Positions 53,530-64,000 of a stretch of 64,000 bases of DNA are shown here, in pieces. Each line of letters begins with the position of its first letter. Position 1 is the first letter of the stretch. The notes below the pieces were generated by a model, which was not told where the DNA came from, searched no databases, and was given only the letters and a program-made list of their open reading frames with translations. This DNA comes from Chrysomallon squamiferum (Eukaryota; Animalia; Mollusca). Where the stretch lies: positions 2,852,001 through 2,916,000 of the forward strand of contig CM022677.1 in assembly GCA_012295275.1 (NCBI GenBank), read 5' to 3'. The position numbers were made by a program, and so were the translations under genes.

Positions 53530-56280
53530 AAAACAAAAAAAAAAAATATTTACTATTTTATTTAACTTTAAAACATTCAGTTTTAACAACCTGTGTAAAA
53601 GGCAATTACATAAGCCTAATATAATTATATATACAAAACGTGTACTGACTCAACTGCTCTGAAAGAACTGAAATTACATGATATGAAAAGTATGTACAAG
53701 GAGATGACTCTTATAGTTATATGTAGTTTTGTCTAACATTAATTAAATTACATTATTAATGTATTTCTTTTCTTTTAATTTCTTTACTACTCTTTCTTAT
53801 TCATTCATTCTTTCTTTCTTTCCTTTCTTTCTTTCTTTCTTTCTTCCTTTCTAACTACAAAAGCAATATTTAACATTAATTTCCTTTCTTTTACTTTTAT
53901 TATTATTTTAGTAAAACAAGAAAAATTTGTTTGAGTTATAATTTTGCTAAATCAAATTATTCAGTACATAAATATGATAAACTGATATTATTTATTTTGA
54001 CTTGCTGTTGAAATTGATTTTTGAATATCAGAATCACTCCATGTTACTTATTTAAAATTTGTTTGAAATCGAATTTCAGTAAATGTTTCTATAAGGATTC
54101 TTTTACGCTATATTTGTCGGTATTCATAAGAAGATAGTAGTCACTGCAATAAAACAAAGGTTTGAAGGTATATTTAAATAAACTAGTAAATAAATAAATG
54201 CATAATGAAAGAAATAAAGAAACAAAGAAAAAAAAAAAAGAAAGAAAGAAAGACAGAAAGAAAGATAGAAAAGCAAACAGTCAAACAAACAACAACCCAA
54301 CAAACAAATAAACATACAAATAAATAAATATGAAATAAAAGTAAGTAAACAAATTTAAAAAAAGAAGTAATTTATTAATTATATGACAATACAAAATTAA
54401 AAAAAAAAAAAAATATTAATAAAATGAAAAAAGAAAATGAAATAATAATAAAAAAATAAAAAATAAAAAAAGGAAAAATATCCCCACAGAAATCTTTAAA
54501 TATATATATTTTTTTTTTCTTATATACCTTAAACGGGCCCCCAGGCAATCGATTTCTTTTTGCAAAACCGTGATTGAACTCTTGTTAGTTTTAATGGAAT
54601 TTTTTAGGCGGGGCCGCACTTTGTATTGGACCGTGTACTGCTTACATTAGACCCCCTGTTTTGGATCAAGCTTGACGGATCGTAAATCGATGGCTTTGTG
54701 AATGCCGTAATGTTCTTCACAGCCGTTTTGTGATCCAAGAAATTCGCTTTTTAACCATGGCAATAAGACCGAGAGCCGGCCGAGTAGAACAGAATATCGG
54801 CCATTTTGACAGGAACCGAAACAGACGGCTGATTGATAGGCAAATGTATTTGAGAACATTAACGTATCAACTGACCCTGAAATGTGAAATTTAAATGTGT
54901 GCTCTTTCGATATAAAACATCAGTGATTGAATAAAAAAAAAAAAAAAAAAAAAGAAATCACGAAATCTACATTCTTGGACGCATGGATGATTCATGCGCG
55001 GGAATATTAATTAATTAATCAGTTCTTTTCTCGTTTCTGTTGTAAATAACGGAATGTTAAGGTGACATGTTTATGTTCGTGTGTTTCCGTGAGTTTTCTT
55101 TAGTTTCGCAAATAACTAATATATCAAATGAACACCTTAATTCTTGACTTGTGAAAGAGAAAGAGCAAATGTTTGAATAACTAAAAATGGAGATATAAAA
55201 ACCTTTTTTTGTTGTTTGCAGTTAACGAAAGAAAGAAAGAAAGAAAGAAAAATAATAATTGTTTTCTCTTTCACTTTTTCTTTGTCTCTCTCTGTTTTTC
55301 TCTCTCTCAATACCTCTTGCTCTTACACACACACACATTTTTTTCTTTTTTTTTTTTTTCCTTTTATTTACACTCAAATTGAAATTTATATACGATAAAT
55401 ATATAAATCGTTGTAAAAGAAACATAGGGAGAAAGAAAAAAATATTAAAAGATGATACCATTATTTTTTATTGCAGAATTTAAAAAAAAATTTTTTGTTG
55501 AATTACTTGATGTTTCAGCGAAATTATGATTCAGAATTTCTGACTGTTTTGAAATGAATACATTATTATAATTTATATAGGTGTTTAATTTTGTGTGAGT
55601 GTGTCTGTTAATGTATATATGCATGTCATGTATATATAATGTGAATCTGTATTGAAATAATATATTATTTATATATTTATATATAAATAAGAGCAATTAT
55701 GCAGCATTCACTGCATCCCCCTCAACCACCCACCTACGCAGAACCTTCAACAACACAGTGACAACACTTCAGACACGTAACTATACTCACACACACGCAC
55801 GCACACAAAGCCACATGCGCTAACAGTAAACCATTTTGTTACAAACCCTCGCGAATTCGTCCAAGCTATGCACATTTTATATCAGCACAGTAATTAAATA
55901 TATAATTACCTCTGACCATCACTCGAAATGTGTAAACAGTTAAAGAGAATGACCGTTCAAGGGGAAACAATCCAGTACAGTTTATTAACATGACAAAACG
56001 AAAAACCTACACGACAGCTTTGTAAGCAGGAAAAGGAACGATAACCGAAAAGAAATAGTCTACTTTGCCTGAGTCTCGTAGTAAATGTTCCAGTCAAGAT
56101 GATTATTTATCAGTGAAAGCGTTGTGCTGATAACAGACCAGTAATTATAACACATAATCATTGATTCTAGGCTCAAAAATATTAAATAATTATTTTCTTT
56201 TCTCTAAAAAAGGTACTTAGTAGTTTGTTTTTGTCTTTCACTTAATTATCTTGTTTGTTGTAAATTTTACAGAAAATGTT

Positions 56281-56353
<73 letters not shown>

Positions 56354-57720
56354 TACACAAAGTCATTTAGTTTATTTTATTTTTTATTCATTTGTTCATT
56401 AAAAGCATTTATACTTAAAGATTTATTATTACTATTTAGATTAGTTTGTTTATCAGAACATTTTATTCTATATTTTATAATTTCTGTACAGTATAATTTA
56501 AAACACTATATAGGTATTTTGTTTATTTATGTTTTCAAATTGTATTTTTATTTATTCTCTGTTTATTTTACTTTATTTTACAACTCTTAAAATATAGTAC
56601 ATAACTTTTGACATTACATTTACAGATTATTAATTTTATTTTATACGAAATTATTGCATTTACTTAAATATATTTCATTTAATTATTTTTCATTCATTCA
56701 TTTATCAGTATATTATATATTCATTTATTTATTCTTTTTTATTCCTATTAATAACATTGTTTAGTGTGTCAATTTGGGAAATTAATAATTAAAAATAAAT
56801 AAATAAGAGAAAATATGCTAAAAACAAATTAAAAAAGAAAAAAATCCTCCACTTTTATTACACAACCATAATCACATTTTTTTTTTATCATTTTATTATT
56901 TTTTTAAAGAAAACAAAAAATCACATATTTCACTTTCTTTACCGAGCTGTTCTGTTTTTGTCCGTGTTTCTTTTGAGAAATGACTTTATCTGATGCCGAC
57001 ACTTGTGATTTATCCGGAGGATGCTTTGAAATCGTCCGGAACAAGACGGACAATTTGCTTGGCCCTTCGTCCTCGGTCAGAGAAATTAACTGCATGACTA
57101 AATTGAATTCTTTAACCAATTCTAAGGGTGGCTTAACGTTGGTATTGAGTTAAAAGTTAATAACGCCGCTAAAATGAACGGATTTGTAAGAAATTACTGT
57201 AGAAAACGCTTCGGCAAATCAAGATCGACCATCTTCGTGTTGATTACTCGTGTTGGTCCTGTTGTCGTGACGTCGTCTGCGCAATGGTTTTGGCGGCAAT
57301 CCACAGGACTTAGTAGCGAATTCTTGTTACAAACGTTTAAAAGGAAGAATTTCTGTGCCAAGATATTTAATTTTCTTTTTGTCCTTTTTTTTTTCTTTTC
57401 TTTTTTTTACTGCATGTTGAATTTGCTTAATTTTTCTTCTGTATCATTCCCCCCATTCTCATATTTATCTTTATAATAATCAGAAAAAAAAGAAAGAAAA
57501 AAAAAGAATCGAATTAAGAAAGATAGAAAAAAGGAGAGACACAAAATTAGATGAAGTATGGACTGGTAGTTAGAAAGAAAGAGAGAGATAAAATGGAAAA
57601 AAGAAAAAGTGAGATAGATTTATAGACTGATAGATATAAAAAAGAATAAAAGAGACAGAAAGGCAGAAAGACAGAGAAAGGGAAAGAAAAAACAGAGAAA
57701 GAGATACAGAGAAACAAAGA

Positions 57721-57758
<38 letters not shown>

Positions 57759-58014
57759 ATCAAATTTTGTTTAGTTTGTCTTGAGATAAAAACATCACTT
57801 GTTTAGTTAGGTTTTAAATTTCACCATAAGCAGTAACCAGGATTTATTACTTGTTTTCATTTCTTTATAAATAAACACAGATATCCTACTCAATGTAAAA
57901 CAAATACATGAGAATCAAGCATGCTATTTTTATATAATAATACCCATCATCACTCATCATCAGTCATCATCATAGTAATAACACTACTACTAATACTATT
58001 ACTACTAAATTTAA

Positions 58015-58230
58015 TAAACTCAATGCCATTTCATAAACTCTTTTTGTTTTAAATCTGTTAGCAGCGAGTGGTCTTCTATAATGAACCTTCTCATAAACAT
58101 AAAATCAGAACATACTGCATTATATAACATAAACTAGTTAGAAAACACAGACAGTGACTGGAAATAACCTAATGGGTACACTAAGAAGGTTTGAACCAGC
58201 GACCGACCCATCACAGGTTAAACACACATC
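58015..58230 (-). mobile_element. Duplicate of the Meta/MESC-like SINE
   Basis: Paralogous position in copy 2; B-box at 58188-58197. Confidence 0.6.
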
Positions 58231-61200
58231 TAAACGAGATTCTTACAGCCCGTATTTCAGAGTCACTTACTTCTCTTTCTCTCTCCTGTTGATGCACATG
58301 GCTAAAGAGCTTTCTACTGCTGTGCATGTGTAGAAAAAAAAACAAGGAAAAACTTTACTAATTTCAAAACGATTGGTAAAATATGTATACATAATAACGT
58401 TAAAATTACTGAGTTAACAATGATTTATGTATATTTTCTTCTTATACGGAAACATGCAAATAGAAAAAAAAAAAAACCAAAAAAACCTTTGATGTGTTTG
58501 AGAGTTATGGCAAAATGCTTGAGTTTGTTTTAAATTCAGAATTTTTGAAAGGATTTGTGATTATGAAATTTGGTCATAATGCATGTTCGTATGTGTGTCT
58601 ATGTATGTATATATTTGTGTAGGTGTGTGTGTGTATGTATGTATGTATGTAAGTTCGTGTGCGTGTGTATCTTATGAATTTGTGTATGTATGTATGTTTG
58701 TATGTATCTGGTAGTATATATGAGTGTATGTATGTATGTATGTATGTATGTATGTATGTATGTGTAACTGTATATAACATTTTCTATTACAATCATTATT
58801 TCAGACTTTTGTCTTTTTCCCCCACAAAACTACGTAGAAAGTAACACCCATTGAATTGTTTTGAAACAAAAACAACTTTAAACAAATGTTGCCATGAAAA
58901 CGTGCCAAAAAGCGTGTAAATCCTATACATCAATGAAGAGAATGAAATGAGAATCTATATAATTAAAAAATTATTTCAACACGTTAAACAGATCTTGTAA
59001 GGCGTTAATTGCAGGGTAGGTAACACAAACTAATTAATGCTTGGAGAAAAAGATGATCAGATTTGAAAAAGAAATATCAGAACTGTGTCCTAAAAGTGTA
59101 TATAAAAAAAAATCTTCTTAAGACTTAATCACGGGTTTTCACCAACGTTGTGGCTGCTGACACGTGTTACAACAACTCCCAACGTTGTTTCATCTGCTCT
59201 GATGACAATGGGACGAGCGGAAATTGGAGTTTAATGATGTCGTCGTGTTGAAAAGGACGACCTCGGTCAGCAGTTGTCCCAGCCACTAAAACAGTCGAGG
59301 GGATGCGGGTGGCTGAAGGAGAGAGAGAGAGAGAGAGAAACAAAGAAAAAGAGAGACAGAGGGAGAGGGAAAGAAAGAAAGAGAAGGATTACAGAAAGAA
59401 AAAGATATTAGCAAAGAAAAATGAAAATGCTGAGAGAAAGAAAAAATAGAGAAATAAATAAAGAAGACAAAAAAGTAACAGAAAAATGAGAGCGAGAGAG
59501 AGAAAGATAGAGAGAGAGAAAGACTGAAAGAAAACCAATAAAATGATCGTGAAAGAAAAAATAGTTGTATAAAAGAGAAAGGAAGACAGAAAGAAAGAAT
59601 GTTAATTACAGAGGTATGAGAATGAGAGAGTGATGGAAAAATAATTAAAAGCTATATTACACAGTAATTAAAATGTCTGTCACATCTAGACATCTAGATA
59701 AACATTCAGAGACACTCAGACAGATGCACAGACAGACAGACACACACACTCAGACACACAGACACGCTGATAAACAGAGATAATTCACACACGTTACACT
59801 GACTGTGCAATAACAGTCACCACTGCTTGTAATAACATCAACTACAACTGTAAAGACGGCAACGATAATGATCCTGATGACGACCCTGATGACGATTATG
59901 TAGTTTATTGCGAGACGATTTGATAAGGGATGTCTTTATGGTGCTGCTGCTGATGATGTTGATCATTGCGACATCATTGTTTTGACCATAACTTCGTAGT
60001 GCGATGCTGGTAATTAGGTGAATGCTGGCGCCATTTTTAACTTTTAACCTACAACAATATCTTCTGTGTGGAGGAGTTTATTACATTTTTTCCCAATCTA
60101 ACTCACATAGTATAAACTTCTGTAAACGAAACATGCAGACTTTTAGCTATAACATTTTATTTTTTCTAAAACTTTTATGTTGACTTATTTTCCCGTTCTA
60201 ACCTCATAGAAAGAACTATAAGCATTACTATTAGTTTAACAAAAAACAAAATACAAACGATTTTAGCTTCTTTTCTCCTGTTTCTGTGTTATAAATAGTA
60301 CAGATTAATATGTAATTAATTATTTTTCATAATGTTATTATTATTTCATTTAACTTGATTTCGTATTCCAGCTATTTCCGTTAATGAATCAAATTTTAAT
60401 AAATTTTATTCTCTAATTTTCCTGTTGTTTAACCATAACAAACCTCACAAAAGAATCCACAAATAAAAAAAAGAAAAAGAAAAAGAAAAAAAAAAAAATA
60501 TATATATTTATTTATTTATAAAATTATGACATCACATTATTATTTTTTTTTTCACTATTACTTATTCTTCTCTCATTCATCCAGTATTTTATATACAATA
60601 ATGCTTTCATCACTTCATTATTTTTATTATATCAGTTTTACGTTATGGTGTATTTCATTATAAAATGACTGTTTCCAGTATTAAGCTCTGCTCGTTTAGT
60701 TAACTCTTTAAACCCGTTAAACCTGGGTAGCTGCGACTTAGAGATCAAACTGTCACAACATCGCGCGTGTTTACGTAAAAGCTAATCAGACTGTTTTGTA
60801 AACAAAGACAACACATACCACCACCTCGCCTGACAGATTGCTTCCAACAAAACAACAGCAAAGAAAACATCAAAGCACCCCTGTTTATTTATTTATATAT
60901 ATATTGTTTTTGTAAAAGATTTATGATTTGTGTCTGTTTTTTTTTTTTTTTTTTTTTTTTTTTGAATGTTTCTAAATGTGATCTGTATTTTGAAATGTAC
61001 ATTTTTCTTTTCATGTTTGTTTTGTTGTAGAAATGTACATTTTGTATTACAGTATACATTATTGTCCCCACATATATCTTTTCTTTCCTTTTTTCTTTCT
61101 TTCATTCTTTTTAATTTTATAGAAATAAATACAAATAATGAAATGTATTTTACCTCCATTCTTACTTATCTTTTTCTTGAAATGTGTCCATATATTAAAA

Positions 61201-62153
61201 TGTACATTGCTTTGTAACAATTATTTATTTTTTCCCATTCATTTTTTTCTTTTTCTCTTTTCACACATTCATCTAAATAATGAATTCATACAATCTATTT
61301 CTGGGTTCATTTTCTTTTGGAAATGCAAATATTGAAATGTAAATTTCTTTTCCATATTTATCTTCTTTTCAGAAATTCATTGACATATTGAAATGTTCAC
61401 TGTTTTTGTGTATTTCTCTTCTTTTTCAGACAGATTAGTATTACCTTGAACAATAGAAACATCACTCACTAAATAACATATAATATAAATAAATAAATAA
61501 ATAAATAAATATGAATAAATAAAGAAAAGTAAGTAAATAAATAAGAAAATGAATAAATAAACTATATTAGAAATAAAATAAAAAACAAATAAAATAATAA
61601 ATAAGTAAATAAATAAATAAATAAAATATAATAATATAAAATAAACAAATATAATAAAATAATAAAAATAAATAATAGATAAATAAATAAAATAAAATAA
61701 AATAAAATAAAATGGAAATAAAACAAAATAAAATAAATTAAAAATTAAATAAATAAAATAAACACCATGCAATGCATTACAACACATCACAACACAACAC
61801 AACACAACACAACACAACTCATCACAACACATCACAACACATCACAACACATCACAACACATCACAACACAACACAACACAACACAACACAACACATTAA
61901 AAGTAAAAAAAAAAAAAAAAAAAACGATTTAAAAAACCCCCAAAACAACAAAGACGTAAAAGAATGAAAGTCGCGACCGCACAACAGAAACAAATCAAGT
62001 CTGTCGTAACTGACTGTCTGAACGATTGTTTCGTTGCTCTCATTTGGCTCGCGCAGAAATCCCGTTTAAGAGTATAACTATAGTTACTAATATTTTCATT
62101 AATTTTGTAAATAATATTTTAATCAATTTATATTGTAATCGTGTCAAGATATA

Positions 62154-62207
<54 letters not shown>

Positions 62208-62724
62208 ATATTTCTCTCTACAGTAAATTTTTATTTTTATTTTAGGCAAAATGAGTTTATATTTTACATGAGTGTTGTAATTTTTATTACCCAGACTGTG
62301 ATGTGAAAAGAAACAAAACGGTGTGAAATAAAAATAAGACATGAATTAAAATGTAATAAAATGAAATGAAATAAAATAAAATAAAAAGTACATTAAAATG
62401 TAATAAAATAAAATAAAAAAATAAATGAAATGAAATGAAATGAAATAAAATAATAGTAATAATAATAATAATAATATTAATTATTTAAAATAAATAAAAT
62501 AAAATGAAATTAAATAATTTATGTTCATAAGTTTGTGCCTTGGTAAACTGTCCATTCAGAATTTGATTTTAATAAAAATTCAAGAAATTATATCATTGAT
62601 TAAGAATATGTTTTCTTGTTGACTACAATATTTTTATAAATAATTCCCATTCCAAGAGAACTCTTCATAAGACTGGACAAAAACGTGCGTACATTTTTAC
62701 TGATAAATGTAGCTGGTTTCCTCT

Positions 62725-64000
62725 AGGAATAGGAATAGGAAAAAAATTAACGTGCTAGTCAGAGCAAGCTGTTGTGAAGCATGTCTGCGACGGGCACACT
62801 TTCTGACAGGTCAGCGGGTGTGTCCGTCGCAGAAAAGAGTTTTGGGTAGGGAAAAGAATGGATTCTCGCCACGATTGCAGGACACAAGGAAGTGTCCAGC
62901 ATATCGGATCGTAACGAGTCGGTACGGATGTATCGCAGCCGCAATCCGCCCCCCTTGATATCCGGCACAATCTCTCAGCCATCACCGGGTCTGTGTTGTT
63001 TGCCGTCCTGGTTGTTCTGCTCTTGGCTGCTGATGTTGTTTCTTTTTGGCTGCTGATGTTGTTTCTTTTTGGCTGCTGTTGTTGTTTCTTTTTTTGGCTG
63101 CTGTTGTTGTTCCTTTTTGGCTACTTCCTTATGGTCCACGTGGTCCAAACCTGTTTTTTTTTTTTTTTTTTTTTTTTTGCCAATGGTCTTTTTATTGTTT
63201 TAAAAGATATTATTAAAAAAAACCTGCAACTAAAACAAATAAGAACATAAACGTAGTTAACTTATTTGAATGGTTGGATCTCTGTTTTGTCAGTTTCTCT
63301 TTTTATCAGGAAAGGTGTGTTTATTGTTGGTTTTCTTTCTTTGTGGTATGCCGGCAGTGGCATTTCACCTATTCCTGTTTCCCTTTCGATTTCGCTAGCT
63401 GTTGTCGGGAAATTCGATAGTAGTAGACTATGCGATTTGAAGAGTTGTCCTATCCTTTGTTCATCGGGGACCAGATCCTTGACCGGGTGGTCTGTGTTGA
63501 GTGTGTGTATTCTCAGGCTGTATTTTAGTAACTGCAGCTTTCTTATGTATTTTAATGGTTGGATGCTGTATTCAGACAGGAGGCTGTCAGATGGTGTTGT
63601 GTTTGGCAGGTGGCCGATCACCCTGAGGGCACTTGATTGGATTATATCTAGTTTTTTAAATAGAGTTTGGGAGCATTCGAGTAAGCCGTGGCTCCGTAGT
63701 CGAGCCTGGAGAGAATACACGCTTTGTGTATCAAAATCAGCGTTGACTCGTTTGCTCCCCAACTGGTTCCAGAAATTAACTTTAGAAGATTGATTGTTTT
63801 TTTGCAGGAGGCAATTATGTTGTGTATGTGGCATCGGAAGTTGAGTTGACTGTCGAATGTCACCATTTGAATGTCTTTGTTTGTGTTATGAAGTTGTTGT
63901 CGATGTTGAGAGTGATCTTGCTGTTGTCTGATTTCTTGTTGAAAAGGAGGCATGTCGTTTTCGAAAGAGAAATCTTTATGCCCCTTTTCAACGCCCAATC
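62725..64000 (-). mobile_element. I/Nimb-clade LINE: RT C-terminus and thumb (63262-64000) plus putative 3' region and tail
   Basis: DWALKRGIKISLSKTTCLLF..TKTFK/VTFDSQLNFRCHI..CKKTINLLKLISGTSWGANESTLILIHKACILSRLDYGATAYSNA/KKLDIIQSSALRVIG..NTTPSDSL, with 2 frameshifts. The minus strand ends gcacgttaa-T7-(cctatt)n at the point where homology to copy 1 stops. Confidence 0.9.

Larger units (their letters stand above)
46540..60880 (-). pseudogene. Putative decayed multi-exon gene of unknown product (copy 2). Candidate exons: 60880-60723, 59312-59143, 57352-56943, 56006-55910, 54876-54528, 52947-52855, 49054-48819, 46829-~46590
   Basis: GC-richer islands bounded by AG/GT on the minus strand. Their intron phases chain (2,0,0,1,2,2,1) if two indels are repaired. 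Each exon has 0-2 stops; e.g. 54876-54528 is 349 nt with one TAA, joining ORFs 54647-54859 and 54416-54619 in frame. No homologue recognised. Confidence 0.4.
46282..62726 (+). repeat. Duplicated block, copy 2, with copy-specific segments at ~46880-48320, 49961-56884 and ~59330-59995
   Basis: Collinear match to 1-8940, e.g. paired ORFs 1855-2136/48781-49062, 2003-2185/48929-49111 and 3604-3828/56904-57119. The match ends at tgtagctggtttcctcta, where a retroelement 3' end begins. Confidence 0.95.

Noticed and set aside
28801-57200. TAA/TAG reassigned to Gln, because several exons carry a single TAR stop
   Set aside because: The same frames also contain TGA stops and frameshifts. C>T at CAA/CAG is the commonest route to stops in AT-rich DNA, and no metazoan nuclear code of this kind is established.

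Overview
AT-rich, microsatellite-dense metazoan DNA, probably a mollusc given a MetaSINE-like element and a BIR-UBA IAP. There is a 200-N scaffold gap at 22807-23006. Almost all long ORFs in the supplied track are translations of simple repeats. Supported content: (1) an IAP-family gene at 28378-29059 with an intact BIR domain and promoter (kB site, TATA-like box, Inr), but an in-frame TAG and a frameshift cut off its UBA domain; (2) decayed transposons: Gypsy gag (10.8-11.4 kb, -), piggyBac transposase (15.0-15.9 kb, -), Sola1 transposase preceded by an OTU-like protease half-domain (41.3-43.5 kb, -), two I/Nimb-type LINE ORF2 fragments (3.0-3.6 kb and 63.3-64 kb, -), MetaSINE copies and hAT-like ends; (3) a ~9 kb block (1-8940) repeated with large indels at 46282-62726, apparently holding a decayed multi-exon minus-strand gene; (4) more than a dozen unrelated young minisatellites, several amplified out of transposon coding sequence or multiplying transcription-factor motifs. 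All family assignments come from motifs I translated by hand and recognised from memory. No database search was run.
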